DNA of 64,000 nt from a bacterium (GCA_965221165.1 CBDCRP010000003.1:1792001-1856000), one strand, 5' to 3'; positions 19,359 through 30,121 are shown, counted from the stretch's first letter. Translations and numbers: made by a program. Notes: generated by a model not told the origin, from the sequence alone.

Positions 19359-20257
19359 AGCTCAAAGGCATCATGGGAGCGCCCACGACGGCGTTCAGGC
19401 CCGATGGCGGCGTTGATTACGACACCTTCGAGAGGCAAATCAATTTTCTCATCGAACAGGGTTTTCCCTTCATCGCGCATCCCATGCACATCGGGGAGTC
19501 CTTGAACTTAAGCGAGCACGAGCGCAAGGAACTGGCGAAACGCCTGGTGGAAGTGGCGGCAGGCCGCGTTCCCGTATTCGTGAACGTGACCGCTTCGGGA
19601 CCGGACAATTCCATCGATTTGGCGAGGCACTCCGAGGCGATAGGCGCAACGGGAATTGTCGTGCTCTCGCCCTATCACTGGGCGCCCGAGGAAGAGGCCC
19701 ATCTGGATTATTTCCTGACGATGGGAAGATGCATGGATATCGCGATGATCGCCTACAACAACCCCAGTCTTCAGGTCACCATCACCCACGACATGCTCGA
19801 AGAAATGCTCGAAAAGCTCCCGAACCTCCATGCGCTTAAAGACGCCAGTTTCGACATGAACTACTTTACGGGAGCGTGCCGCATAGCGTCCGCCGCGAGA
19901 GCGGATTTTTCCGTGTTCACCGGCATCGAGTGGCTTCTCACGTCGATTCCCGTCGGCGGGTCGGGGTCGTTCTCTAATTGTGGTGAGGTCGCCCCCCGCC
20001 TGGTTCTCTCCCTGTTCGATGCCTGCATCTCGGGAGATCATGAAAGCGCGCGCGCCCTCCAATATAAAATGGGCGTGCTCTTGAAATTGCTGCAGACGAA
20101 CTACCCGGCGACCGTAAAATACGCGATGGAGTTCATGGGCCGGCCCGTCGGCGAGACGCGAAAACCCATTCTGCCCCTCGATGATGACGCCAAGGCGCAT
20201 ACGCGAAAGACGCTCGAATCGCTCGGGATTTTCGAGAACGAGCCGCGCGGCTGGTAG
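19355..20257 (+). CDS. Dihydrodipicolinate synthase/N-acetylneuraminate lyase family protein
   Basis: LKGIMGAPTTAF, GES..LS..ER, AYNNP, ALKDAS (Schiff-base Lys); GTG start at 19355. Confidence 0.85.
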   Translation: MKLKGIMGAPTTAFRPDGGVDYDTFERQINFLIEQGFPFIAHPMHIGESLNLSEHERKELAKRLVEVAAGRVPVFVNVTASGPDNSIDLARHSEAIGATGIVVLSPYHWAPEEEAHLDYFLTMGRCMDIAMIAYNNPSLQVTITHDMLEEMLEKLPNLHALKDASFDMNYFTGACRIASAARADFSVFTGIEWLLTSIPVGGSGSFSNCGEVAPRLVLSLFDACISGDHESARALQYKMGVLLKLLQTNYPATVKYAMEFMGRPVGETRKPILPLDDDAKAHTRKTLESLGIFENEPRGW

Positions 20258-20374
20258 CTTCAACGATATCATTGTTTTAACATCATCCAGGCTTTATCTT
20301 GCTTTATTGCTCGTTGTTTTCTTGGGCAGTGAACCCATGATGATTTTTTTGTTTCTTCCCGGAGGAGCCATATT

Positions 20375-22162
20375 TTGACACGTATGAATGGCGGCCAGAT
20401 CATCGTCGATTACCTCATTCAGGAAGAGGTTCCCTATGTCTTCGGCCTGTGCGGCCACGGGAACATCAGTTTTCTGGATGCGCTCCATGAGCGCGCCGAT
20501 GAGATCAAGACCCTCTCCGTGCGCCATGAGTCGCTGTGCGGCTTCATGGCCGACGCCTATTACCGGGTGGCGGGCAGGCCGGTGGCGACGTTTACCTCCT
20601 GCGGGCCGGGCTCGGCGAACATGCCGATTTCTCTGGCCAACGCCTTTTTCGATTCGGTTCCGTTTCTGGCCGTGACGGGAAACATACCCACGAATCAGTT
20701 CAACCGGGGTGCGTTTCAGGAGACCTACCGCCACTACCAGGCGGATTTCCCCTCCACGGTGCAGGCCTACTGCAAGCGGGTGTATCAGCCCACGCGGGCG
20801 GAGATGGTGCCGCAGTTCACCCGCCAGGCGTGGAAGACGATGATGACGGGAAGGCGCGGCCCCGTCGTGCTCGACGTTCCTTTCGACATTTTCAAGGAGG
20901 AAACCGAGGTCGAGATGCCCCAAGCCTCTGAGTGGAACGCGAACATCTCCTGTCGCTGCGGAGCGGACCCCGAAGGGGTGAAAAAGGCGGTGGCGATGCT
21001 CTCCACCGCCGAGCGGCCCGTGATTCTGGTGGGCCAGGGCGTGAAATACGCCGGCGCTGCGGCGAAGATGGTGGCGCTCGCCGAGAGGCTCAAGATTCCC
21101 GTGGCGTGCTCGGCGAGCGGGATAGGCGCCATCGACGCAAAGCACCCCCTGGCTTTGGGACTCATCGCGAGAAACGGAACCTATCCGGCGAATCACGCAG
21201 CACGGCAGGCCGACGTTCTGCTCGCGCTCGGCGTGCGTTTTGACGATCGCACCTCGAGCAGCTGGCTGCCCGGCTATTCGTTCAACATTCCGCCGACGAA
21301 GCTGATTCACGTGGATATCGATCCCGAGGAAATTGCGCGCAACTACCCGGTGGCCTTAGGTCTCATGGCGGATGTCGATGTCTTTCTCGATCAGGTGAAA
21401 GAAGCGCTCGGTACTGAGGAGAAAATAGAAGTTCCCGAGGCCCGGGAAGGGTGGCTCCGGAAGATCGACGGCTGGCGAAACGAATGGGAGGAGTTCACGG
21501 CTCCCGGCTACCGCGAGGACACAGAACCCATGCACCCCCAGCGAGCGGCTTATGAAATCGACAAGGCCTTGCCCGATGACGCCATCCTCATCAGCGACGT
21601 CGGCGTCCACCACAACTGGCTGCTTCAGTGTTGCCGCCCCAAGGGCCCGCAATCGCTCATCGGCTCGATGGGCTTCGGCGCGATGGGTTTTGGAGTCGCG
21701 GGCGTGCTCGGGGCCAAGCTGGCCGCGCCGGACAGGCCCTGCGTTGCGGTGTGCGGAGACGGCGCTTTCGCCATGCATTTGAGCGCCATCACCACGGGGG
21801 TGGAATACAACATCCCCGCCGTCTGGGTCGTCTGGAACAACTACGCATTCGCCTCCATCCGGGGGCTTCAGCGCGGCTATCTGGATGGCCGGGAGCTGGC
21901 CACCGACTTTCAGAAGCACGCCTCCGCCACGCCGTATAACCCCGATTTCGCCGCCATGGCCGAATCGGCGGGCATCACGGGCGTGCGGGTGAACAAGGCG
22001 GCCGATCTGAGCGAGGCCGTGGACGAGGCGGTGAAGGCCGAGCGTCCCTACGTGATCGACGCGAACATCCAGGGAGAGCAAAATCCAAGCGGCGCGGGGG
22101 TCTGGGAATTACCCGGCCTGGGACACGGAGAGCCTGCGATTGGCGAGCGGACCGTTCTTTAG
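20375..22162 (+). CDS. Thiamine-diphosphate-dependent enzyme (acetolactate synthase-like)
   Basis: VRHE, CGPG..N, GPVVLDVP, GAMGFG, GDGAF...WNN ThDP motif. Confidence 0.88.
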   Translation: MTRMNGGQIIVDYLIQEEVPYVFGLCGHGNISFLDALHERADEIKTLSVRHESLCGFMADAYYRVAGRPVATFTSCGPGSANMPISLANAFFDSVPFLAVTGNIPTNQFNRGAFQETYRHYQADFPSTVQAYCKRVYQPTRAEMVPQFTRQAWKTMMTGRRGPVVLDVPFDIFKEETEVEMPQASEWNANISCRCGADPEGVKKAVAMLSTAERPVILVGQGVKYAGAAAKMVALAERLKIPVACSASGIGAIDAKHPLALGLIARNGTYPANHAARQADVLLALGVRFDDRTSSSWLPGYSFNIPPTKLIHVDIDPEEIARNYPVALGLMADVDVFLDQVKEALGTEEKIEVPEAREGWLRKIDGWRNEWEEFTAPGYREDTEPMHPQRAAYEIDKALPDDAILISDVGVHHNWLLQCCRPKGPQSLIGSMGFGAMGFGVAGVLGAKLAAPDRPCVAVCGDGAFAMHLSAITTGVEYNIPAVWVVWNNYAFASIRGLQRGYLDGRELATDFQKHASATPYNPDFAAMAESAGITGVRVNKAADLSEAVDEAVKAERPYVIDANIQGEQNPSGAGVWELPGLGHGEPAIGERTVL

Positions 22163-22221
22163 GGTGGAGATGCGGATGAGGCGCGATGGGGGCGGGCGAG
22201 CCTCGCGGGAGGAGACGATAG

Positions 22222-22842
22222 ATGAGCGATGAGGCGAGGCTGCGCGCGGCGGCGGACAAACTCGAGATGATGGATGTGTGCATGTTCTCTCACGTCTGCC
22301 GGGATGCGGGCGACTGGGAGGGTCTGCTGGATTGTTTTCACCCGGATGCGGACATCACCACCTCGTGGTTCATGGGCAACGCGCATGCGTTCATCACGGA
22401 ATCGAGGGATATGATGCACGGCCATCACGAAGACGACACCCAGAAACACATCGCGGGCAACACGCGCGTCCGGGTGAATGGTGAGCGCGGGGTTTGTGAG
22501 TATTACCTCACGCTCCACCAGAGGCGGACGATGGACGGCTATGATTTCGACTTCACGACGTGGAGCAGCGTGGTGGATTTGTTCGAGCGCAGGGATGCGC
22601 GGTGGCGCGTCATCAAGCGCACGATGATTTACGAGAAAGACCGCATGGACCCCCACAAGCCGGGCGAGGCGCCGGCTTCTTATTTCGAGGCGATGGACCT
22701 GACGCCTTACCCCAAGGCGCTTCGCTATCACTGCTGGCGCAACGAGAAATTCAGCGGCAGCCCGCCGTCCGAGAATCTCGTGATGGAAGGAACCGAGAAG
22801 GCGAGGGCGATCAGGGAAGAAGCGCGCCGCTGGGTTCCCTGA
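22222..22842 (+). CDS. SnoaL/NTF2-like family protein
   Basis: RDAGDW..L..CFHPDA.I..SWF.G, DLFERRD..W...R..IYEKDRMDP. Confidence 0.75.
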   Translation: MSDEARLRAAADKLEMMDVCMFSHVCRDAGDWEGLLDCFHPDADITTSWFMGNAHAFITESRDMMHGHHEDDTQKHIAGNTRVRVNGERGVCEYYLTLHQRRTMDGYDFDFTTWSSVVDLFERRDARWRVIKRTMIYEKDRMDPHKPGEAPASYFEAMDLTPYPKALRYHCWRNEKFSGSPPSENLVMEGTEKARAIREEARRWVP

Positions 22843-22855
22843 TCCGCCGGGAAAC

Positions 22856-24010
22856 CTACAGCAACTCCAGATAAATCCGCTTCATGTCCTCCGCGTCGGC
22901 GGGCACGGGGTTCGTCGCCACCGTGGTGCTGGCGGCCGCCTCGTGCGCCATGCGCTCCAGGTATTCTTCCTTTGCGCCGATGGCCGCGAGCGATTCGGGT
23001 ATCCCGATATCGTCCGCAAGGGCGCGGACTCGGTCGACCGCCAGTTCCGCATCCTGCGCCTCGTCAGCTTTCCCATCGGGGTTCGCCAGAAGGGGCGCCA
23101 GCCGGGCGTATGTTTCCCGCATGGCGGGGAGATTGAAGCGCATCACGGGGGCCAGGAGTATTCCGTTGGTGGTGCCGTGGTGGCCGCCGAAGAAATTGAA
23201 GACCGGGTGCGTGAGGCCGTGCACGATCCCGAGTCCGGTGTTGGTGAACGAAGCGCCCGCAAGACATGCCGCAAGCGCCAGGGGGTCGGCGGCGTCCGGG
23301 TCTGCGGGGTCGGCGACGAAGCGCCGCGCGTTCTGGCCGATCAGGCCGATGGCCTGAAAACAGAGCGCCTCCGACCAGGGGGTCGCGCGCGGGGAGCCGA
23401 GCGATTCCACCGCGTGGGTCAAGGCGTCCATCAGCGCGCCTGCGGCGAAGAACTTGGGCAGCGTCGCGAGGAGGGAGGAATCCACGACCGCCACGTCCGC
23501 GTAGAGCGCGTCGCTGTGAATGCTCGATTTGGTTCCGCGCTCGATATCCGTGATGATGGAGGCGCGCGTCACCTCGCTGCCCGTGCCCGCCGTGGTCGGA
23601 ACGGTGATGAAGGACGGGATGGATTTCTCCACCTTGTCCGCGCCGTAGTAATCGCTTATCTTCCCGCCGTTTGCGAGCAGCGCCCCCATCGCCTTGGCGG
23701 TGTCGATGGCGCTTCCCCCGCCGACGGCGATTATCCCGCCGCAATCGTTTTCCTCATAAAACGCCTGGGCGCGCGTGATGCTCGGGTCCGACGGATTGGG
23801 TTCCACATCCTCATACAGGCGGTATTCGACGCCTGACGCATCCAGGCCCTCCGTGACGGAGTCGAGCACGCCGGCCCCAGAAAGCCCGGGGTCAGCGAGC
23901 AGCATAGGGCGCGTCATGTTTAGATTCTTCGCTTCGACGCCGATGGAGGCGGCCTCGCCCCTGCCGAAGCGCACACGCGGCACGGCGGACATGCGGAAAG
24001 GATCGATCAT
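22856..24010 (-). CDS. Iron-containing alcohol dehydrogenase
   Basis: VEPNP, GGGSAID, PTTAGTGSE, DALTHAVE, HGLTH, HHG. Confidence 0.9.
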   Translation of the reverse strand: MIDPFRMSAVPRVRFGRGEAASIGVEAKNLNMTRPMLLADPGLSGAGVLDSVTEGLDASGVEYRLYEDVEPNPSDPSITRAQAFYEENDCGGIIAVGGGSAIDTAKAMGALLANGGKISDYYGADKVEKSIPSFITVPTTAGTGSEVTRASIITDIERGTKSSIHSDALYADVAVVDSSLLATLPKFFAAGALMDALTHAVESLGSPRATPWSEALCFQAIGLIGQNARRFVADPADPDAADPLALAACLAGASFTNTGLGIVHGLTHPVFNFFGGHHGTTNGILLAPVMRFNLPAMRETYARLAPLLANPDGKADEAQDAELAVDRVRALADDIGIPESLAAIGAKEEYLERMAHEAAASTTVATNPVPADAEDMKRIYLELL

Positions 24011-24056
24011 GGTTGATTTCTCCTTCTGGAAATTTTATTCAGTTCGGCTCTGCCGG

Positions 24057-24437
24057 TCATTCTCCATCCGCACCGGTCGTGAGCGCTTCTCGCGGCGGCC
24101 AGTCTTCGGATCGGTTCTTGAAAGAAAGATAGACGAGGACGTCTCGCCCCGGATTTTTGAGTTCATGCTCCGCGCCCAAAGGGATATGGACCACCTCGCC
24201 AGCGCCCAGGGTCTTCTCCTCCCCCCCGACTCGGAACCAGCCGACGCCTTCCAGTAGGTGGATGATTTGCTCGCATCCGTGGCTGTGCGGGCGGGTCGCT
24301 TTTCCGGGCGGCTGTTCCTGGCGCGTCAGGGTGGTGAATGCGCCCAGGATCATGCTGCCCTCAGAATCCGTGGTGGAGACGATGTTGCGTTTTTTCATGT
24401 CGTCCCAACTGTAAAAGGGCATGGGGCGCATCCTCAT
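24057..24437 (-). CDS. Cupin domain protein
   Basis: PHSHGCEQ...G.G...HIP.GAEH cupin motifs. Confidence 0.8.
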   Translation of the reverse strand: MRMRPMPFYSWDDMKKRNIVSTTDSEGSMILGAFTTLTRQEQPPGKATRPHSHGCEQIIHLLEGVGWFRVGGEEKTLGAGEVVHIPLGAEHELKNPGRDVLVYLSFKNRSEDWPPREALTTGADGE

Positions 24438-24451
24438 GGGAGTGGTTGGCC

Positions 24452-25486
24452 TTATTCCGACTCGGCGATTTTCGCCTGGAGAAGCTCGTAGTTCGCGCGG
24501 CCCATCTCTATATCGCCATCGTCTATCATCTGCGCGATCTCGGCCACCGCGTCGTTACAAGGGGTGGGGATGCCGAGTTCTCTCGCCCTGCGCGATACGA
24601 GGCCGTTGATGTATTCCATCTCGCTCTTTCGGCCCTTGATGTGGTCCTGAATCGGGGCGGTGCGCGAACGGGGCCCCACGTGTTCGAGGAGCGTCTTCAT
24701 GGCCGTGACCAGCACCTGATCGTCCGAACCCGTGAAATCATCCGACGAGAGGCCGAACACCGGCTCCACCCCGTAGCCCAGGGCTTCGCCCACTTCCATC
24801 GCCTCCCTTCCGAGTTTGACCGAAAGGTCGATGACTCCGGGCAGTTTTTTCGTCTCGGCGTTATTGAGCCCCAGCAGGCCGAAGGGGCCCATCGTCATGC
24901 AGTTGGCGATGAGCTTCGTCCACTTGGTGCCCTCGATGTTGGAGCTGACTTCGGTGACGCCGACCTTGGCGAAGATGTCGCGAACCTCCTCCGCGCGCGG
25001 GGTGACCGAGCCGTCCAGTTCCCCAACGGCGAACCAGGTGCCCTTGCGGGGGGTGTTCCGCTGGATGAAGCCGGGCGTGAATATCTCCGCCGAGAGTTCC
25101 ACGCAGCAGCCCACCACGCGCTCGCGCCCGATGATGGATGCGATCATCTCGTTGTTCATACTGTTCTGCGCTCCGACGAATATGCCGTCGCTTTTGAGAT
25201 AGGGCTTGATGAGTTCGCACATCCACCGGGTGTCGAAGGATTTGACGATGAGCAGGACGATATCGAATTCCATTTTGAGCGAGGCCAGCTCGCAAAGATG
25301 GTGCGCGCGCACGGGTGTTTTGAGGTCCAGGTCCGGCATCTGGACGTGCAGTCCGTCTTTTCGCATCGCCTCCACGTGCTCGGGCCATTGGTCGATGACG
25401 GTGACGTCCAGGCCTGCGTCGGTCAGATCTGCGGATACGCTGCCGCCGATGGCGCCTGCGCCCAGTACGGCGATCTTCTTGTTCAT
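24452..25486 (-). CDS. Ketopantoate reductase (PanE/ApbA) family protein
   Basis: GAGAIG, VKSFDT, QNS, KWTKL..N, QD..KGR.SE..YING. Confidence 0.82.
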   Translation of the reverse strand: MNKKIAVLGAGAIGGSVSADLTDAGLDVTVIDQWPEHVEAMRKDGLHVQMPDLDLKTPVRAHHLCELASLKMEFDIVLLIVKSFDTRWMCELIKPYLKSDGIFVGAQNSMNNEMIASIIGRERVVGCCVELSAEIFTPGFIQRNTPRKGTWFAVGELDGSVTPRAEEVRDIFAKVGVTEVSSNIEGTKWTKLIANCMTMGPFGLLGLNNAETKKLPGVIDLSVKLGREAMEVGEALGYGVEPVFGLSSDDFTGSDDQVLVTAMKTLLEHVGPRSRTAPIQDHIKGRKSEMEYINGLVSRRARELGIPTPCNDAVAEIAQMIDDGDIEMGRANYELLQAKIAESE

Positions 25487-25557
25487 GTTACACCTTGCCT
25501 TTCGGGGCTTGCGCCCCCAAGAGAATGAGAATCACGACGCGATTATGCGTTTTCTGA

Positions 25558-26733
25558 TTAAAAATACTTCATTGTGCGGATACGCTGCGCCTGGTTGGTG
25601 CCGGCCGAGTGGAGGAAGCTGATGACGTCGCGCAGGTATTTCTCCATCGGCGCGTCCGTCATGTAGCCCGTTCCGCCCCAGACCTCGAGAGCGCGCGTGG
25701 CGATGCGGAAGCCTGCTTCCGAAGTGTAAGCCTTGGCCATGTAGCCCAGCTTGGGGTCGTAGTTATCGCGCATCGCCCGCCAGGCGGCGTAGTGGAGCAA
25801 CCGGCGCGAAGCCTCGTACTCGACGAAGCAATCCGCCAGCATGAAGCCCACGCCCTGGTGCTCGATGATGGGTTTTCCGCCCTGGATTCTCGTTTTGGCG
25901 AATTCGAGCGCGTCCTCATAGGCGGCGCGGGCCGGCCCTAAGTTCGTGGCGGCGGATTCGATGACCGAACCTCGTGAAAATGGACCCGAACGGGCCGCCA
26001 CGCCCCCGCCGACCGGCGTGACGCGGTAGTCGTCCGAAACGCGGCAATTCTCGAATATGAGTTCCGCGTTTTGCGAGAGCTGCTGGCCCATCTTCTCGTG
26101 GATCTTGCCGATGGAAAACCCCGCCATTTCCGGCGTCACCATGAAGTAGGTGACGCCTTGGGAGACGCCGACGGTGGGATCGGTGCGGCATACGAGCACA
26201 TAGAGCTTGGCGATGCCCCCGTTGCTGATGTAGTGCTTCTTGCCGTTGATAATCCAGTCTTCTCCGTCTCGCACCGCGCTCGTGCGGACACCGAGTCCGG
26301 GGCCTTCTTCGGGGATGAAGTTTTCAGAACCCACTTCGGGCTCCGTCATCCCGACGGCGAGGTGAAAGCGGTGATCCTCCAGAAACGCGGGCAGAAATTT
26401 TTCGCGCTGTTCCTCGTTCCAGACGATGTCGAGAAAATGGATCACTTTCCAGGTCTGGTCGAAGGTGACGGCCACGCCCAAATCCCCCCAGCCGATCTCC
26501 TCCCCCACGATGCAAAGCGTCAGTATGTCTGCCCCGCCGCCGCCTATCTCCTCGGGGATGGAGAGCGTCCGTAAGCCGAGCCTGCTCCCGGTCTCGAGAA
26601 TATCCCAGGGGAATCTCTCGCCCGGGTCCGTGATGCGCTCACGCTCGCGCACGTGTGGCCTTAGTTCGTTTTTGGCGTAATCGTGCGCCAGTTTTTGGAG
26701 TTTTAATTGCTCTTCGGTGAGAGTGAAATCCAT
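25558..26733 (-). CDS. Acyl-CoA dehydrogenase family protein
   Basis: MTEPEVGS, INGKKHYISNG, KMG, RIQGGKPI, EVWGGTGY, EKYLRD. Confidence 0.88.
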   Translation of the reverse strand: MDFTLTEEQLKLQKLAHDYAKNELRPHVRERERITDPGERFPWDILETGSRLGLRTLSIPEEIGGGGADILTLCIVGEEIGWGDLGVAVTFDQTWKVIHFLDIVWNEEQREKFLPAFLEDHRFHLAVGMTEPEVGSENFIPEEGPGLGVRTSAVRDGEDWIINGKKHYISNGGIAKLYVLVCRTDPTVGVSQGVTYFMVTPEMAGFSIGKIHEKMGQQLSQNAELIFENCRVSDDYRVTPVGGGVAARSGPFSRGSVIESAATNLGPARAAYEDALEFAKTRIQGGKPIIEHQGVGFMLADCFVEYEASRRLLHYAAWRAMRDNYDPKLGYMAKAYTSEAGFRIATRALEVWGGTGYMTDAPMEKYLRDVISFLHSAGTNQAQRIRTMKYF

Positions 26734-26764
26734 CGCTTGCCTTTAAGTGTAGTTGAAAATGCGT

Positions 26765-27799
26765 CTAGTCCATCACGATTGCCGCGCGGCCCGTAATCGC
26801 GCCGGCTTCCAGGCGTTCGTGCACTTTCTCGGCTTCTTCGAGCCGGTAGGTTTCCGTGACCAGAGGCCAGACTTCTCCGCGCGCGCAAAGCTCGAGTGAT
26901 TCGATAATCTCCTGCTTGGTGAACGAGCGGCTGCCCATGACTTCGAGCTCTCCGTTCAGGAGGCTCCCGGCGGAGAGTCGGAACGGCCGGGGCGTGAAGC
27001 CGCCCAGCGTCACCAGGCGGCCCCCCTTGTCGAGGGCTTCGGCCGCGGCTTCGAGCGTGGTGTCCTGGGAGACGAAATCGACGACCACGTCCACGCCTAC
27101 GCCGCCCGTGAGTTCGAGCAGCGCCTCCGTCACGTTTTCCTTCGAGGCGTCGACGGTGGCTTCCGCCCCGAGTTCTTTGCACTGGGCCAGTTTTTGCTCG
27201 GAAACGTCCACGGCGATGACGCGCGCGTTCGCCCAGCGGGCGAGCATGACCATGTGGATCCCCACGCCGCCGCCCGCCCCGATGACGGCGACGGTCTCCA
27301 TCGGCTCAATCCTTGCGCGGCGCACCACCTTGTAGGGGGTGGCGATGGCGTCGCAGATGACGGCCGCCTCGGCGGGATGCGCCTTGTAGTCCAGCCCCTC
27401 CGGCAGGTGGACGTAGTTCTGCGCGGGGAGGTTGATGTATTCGGCATAACCGCCGTCGCGGTGCCTGCCGACGAAGCCGGCCATGTTGTCGCACAGTGGC
27501 TCCCTGTTCACCCGGCACCAGCGGCAATGCCCGCACGTGAGATAGCAGTGGAAGGTGACGACGTCTCCCGCCTTCACGTTCGATACCCCGGCGCCCGCCT
27601 CGACGATCTCGCCCACCACCTCGTGGCCGATTATCATGGGGTAGTCGATGTCCACGCGGCCCGCGCGCGCGTGGTGGATCGTGAGGCCCGAGCCGCAGGA
27701 GATGACGCGCGCCACGGCCTCGCCCTCTCCGGGCGCGGGGTCGGGCACGTCTTCAAAAGAAAAGGGCGCTCCTTTTTCTCTCAACACCATGGCCTTCAT
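26765..27799 (-). CDS. Zinc-binding alcohol dehydrogenase (MDR) family
   Basis: GHEVVG, CGHCRWC...C structural-Zn cluster, GAGGGVG; start MKAMV at 27799. Confidence 0.87.
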   Translation of the reverse strand: MKAMVLREKGAPFSFEDVPDPAPGEGEAVARVISCGSGLTIHHARAGRVDIDYPMIIGHEVVGEIVEAGAGVSNVKAGDVVTFHCYLTCGHCRWCRVNREPLCDNMAGFVGRHRDGGYAEYINLPAQNYVHLPEGLDYKAHPAEAAVICDAIATPYKVVRRARIEPMETVAVIGAGGGVGIHMVMLARWANARVIAVDVSEQKLAQCKELGAEATVDASKENVTEALLELTGGVGVDVVVDFVSQDTTLEAAAEALDKGGRLVTLGGFTPRPFRLSAGSLLNGELEVMGSRSFTKQEIIESLELCARGEVWPLVTETYRLEEAEKVHERLEAGAITGRAAIVMD

Positions 27800-28006
27800 G
27801 CGAACCTCCTCTCGGGAGAACCTCCGCGCGTGATGCAAAGACGCGAATATGTGTGGTTGGTGGCGAACAATATATCGGTATTGTCCGGAAATGACTATAG
27901 CGAAGGAGCGGGAATGATGGGGGTGGGAATCGACGAAAACCCATTATATTTTACGAGTCGTTTGCCGTCTGGCCGGACGTACTTCACGGGAGTGGTGCTC
28001 CCTCGT

Positions 28007-28933
28007 TCAATCCTCTTCCAGGGCGGCCAAGGATTTCGCGGCCCAGTCGCAGCCCACCTGGCTCGCCCACAGGCCCATGAGCCGCTTGGTGACGGGGCCG
28101 GGCGCGCCGTGCGCCATCGGGGTTCCGTCGATCGAGGAGACCGGGAGGATGCAGATGCTGTTCCCGGTGTGAAAGGCCTCGTCTGCGATCAGCAGATCGT
28201 AGCGCGTGAGGTTGGTCTCGCGAACCGGGATGCCGAGTTCTTTCGCCATGTCGATAACGTGCGTGCGCGTGACGCCGACCAGGCAGTTGTGATCCGTAGG
28301 CGTGAGCAGTTCACCGTCTCTCACGAAAAAGCAGTTATAGCTCGAACCCTCGGCCACGAAGCCGTTGATGTCGAGCATGATGGGCCAGGCGCCCGCCTCC
28401 TGGGCCTGGAACTCGGCCTGCACGTGGTTCATCTTGTTGCCCACCTTGGCGCGCGGTTCGATGCACTCAGGGGGAATGCGGCGCACGCCGGTGACGACCG
28501 AGGGCACCCCCTCCCTGTAGCCGTGGGCGTAGCGCGCATAGTCCATCGGCAGGGTGAAGATGACCACCGTATGCGCCCCGTGCGTGTGGGAGGCGGCGGA
28601 GCTGACGCCGCCCCCTCGCGTCACCCAGTGGTTGATGCGGAATTCCTCTCCTTCGGCGTATACGCCGCGGTTTCTCTCGATGAGCTCCATGGTGAGGGCT
28701 TCCATCTCGTCCGCGCTCATGCCGGGGTCGAGCCGCGCATAGCGGCAGGAAAGATAGAGCCTGTCGATATGGCCCCTCAGATGCCAGGGCTGGCCGCCAA
28801 AGGTGCGCGATGCGTCGTACACGCTGTCGCCGTAGAGGAAGCCCCGATCCAGGATGGACACGTTCGCTTCTGCTTCCGGCACGAACCGGCCCTTGACGTA
28901 GGCGATTCTCTCACTCAATTTCGCATCCTCCAT
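28007..28933 (-). CDS. Class IV PLP aminotransferase (IlvE/D-amino acid aminotransferase-like)
   Basis: DRGFLYGDSVYD, HIDRL..S, AK (PLP Lys), EG.SYN.F, L.GVTR, ADEAF.TG. Confidence 0.88.
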   Translation of the reverse strand: MEDAKLSERIAYVKGRFVPEAEANVSILDRGFLYGDSVYDASRTFGGQPWHLRGHIDRLYLSCRYARLDPGMSADEMEALTMELIERNRGVYAEGEEFRINHWVTRGGGVSSAASHTHGAHTVVIFTLPMDYARYAHGYREGVPSVVTGVRRIPPECIEPRAKVGNKMNHVQAEFQAQEAGAWPIMLDINGFVAEGSSYNCFFVRDGELLTPTDHNCLVGVTRTHVIDMAKELGIPVRETNLTRYDLLIADEAFHTGNSICILPVSSIDGTPMAHGAPGPVTKRLMGLWASQVGCDWAAKSLAALEED

Positions 28934-28966
28934 CGATTTGCATCATTGCGTCATTCATGATTTGTC

Positions 28967-30121
28967 TCAGAGCAGGTCCATGGCGGTGGAGCGCGCGGCG
29001 TGGCCCATGCCGAACCCGTGGGAAAAAGCCACGAGGTCGCGCACCAGTCTTTCCATGGGCGCTTCGGTCATATAGCCTGCGCCTCCCCATACCTCCATGG
29101 AACGCCGCGCGACGCGCTCGCACGATTCGGTGGCGAAGGCTTTTGCCAGAAAACTCCGCCAGGGGTCCGCGTCTTCATTTTTGTCCGCCGCCCAGGCCGC
29201 CGCCTGGAGGCTTCTTCTGGCGGCGTCTAGCTCCATGAGGTTATCACAAAGCATGAAGCCCACCGTCTGGTGTTCGATGATGGGTTTTCCTCCCTGCACG
29301 CGCTCACGGGCATGGTCGAGCGCGTGTTCGTGGGATTTTCTCGACGTTCCGACCGCCGCCGCCGCCGGGAGGATGCGGGTGGCGTGCGTGGCGTTTCGCC
29401 ATTCCTGGTCTGGACAATCGAGCGGATGATCGAGTTTCACATTTTCGAAGCGCAGGTTGACGTCCTGACAGGAGCGCATGCCCATCGAATCATGGTAGTG
29501 GGCGACCGCGATTCCTCCCTCCTTCTTGTTTTCCATCAGAAAAATCCGCCGCTCGCTCTCGTTTGTGGGGTTTGATTCCAGCAGATAAAGCCGGGCCGCG
29601 GCGCCATTGAGCACATGCCGCGCCAGGCCCTTAAGACGCCGGCCGTTCCCATCTCGCCTGATAGATGCGCCCTGGCGCGCACCGGACGGATAAGGGTTTT
29701 TATCTTCGGGTGTGGACGTTTCGCCGATTTTCACATGGGCCAGATGACATGCGTATGAGCCCGTGAAATTTTCTGTGAAGGCTTCTAAGTCCGCCTCGCC
29801 GCACAGGCGGGATATGGCGTTTGCGAGCGCCCAATCCTGTGCGTAGATGACGCCTACTCCCAAATCCCCCCAGCCGATCTCCTCCGCCACGAAGCACAGG
29901 CTCAGCAGATCGGCGCCGCCCCCGCCGTGGCTTTCAGGTACGGGGAGGGTGCACAGGCCCAGTGCGTCGCCTTTGTCCAGAATTTCTCCGGGAAAGCGGT
30001 TTTCCGGGTTTTTTTCCTGATCGAGCGCGTCGGTGTGCTGGGCGATTTCCTGACGTGCGAAATCGCGCGCCAGCCGCTGAAGCGCGAGAGAGGCCTCTCC
30101 GGGAGCGAAATCCATGCGCAC
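28967..30121 (-). CDS. Divergent acyl-CoA dehydrogenase family protein
   Basis: EEIGWGDLGV, RVQGGKPIIEHQ, EVWGGAGYMTEAPMERLVRD; middle domain degenerate (no TEP motif). Confidence 0.78.
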   Translation of the reverse strand: MRMDFAPGEASLALQRLARDFARQEIAQHTDALDQEKNPENRFPGEILDKGDALGLCTLPVPESHGGGGADLLSLCFVAEEIGWGDLGVGVIYAQDWALANAISRLCGEADLEAFTENFTGSYACHLAHVKIGETSTPEDKNPYPSGARQGASIRRDGNGRRLKGLARHVLNGAAARLYLLESNPTNESERRIFLMENKKEGGIAVAHYHDSMGMRSCQDVNLRFENVKLDHPLDCPDQEWRNATHATRILPAAAAVGTSRKSHEHALDHARERVQGGKPIIEHQTVGFMLCDNLMELDAARRSLQAAAWAADKNEDADPWRSFLAKAFATESCERVARRSMEVWGGAGYMTEAPMERLVRDLVAFSHGFGMGHAARSTAMDLL

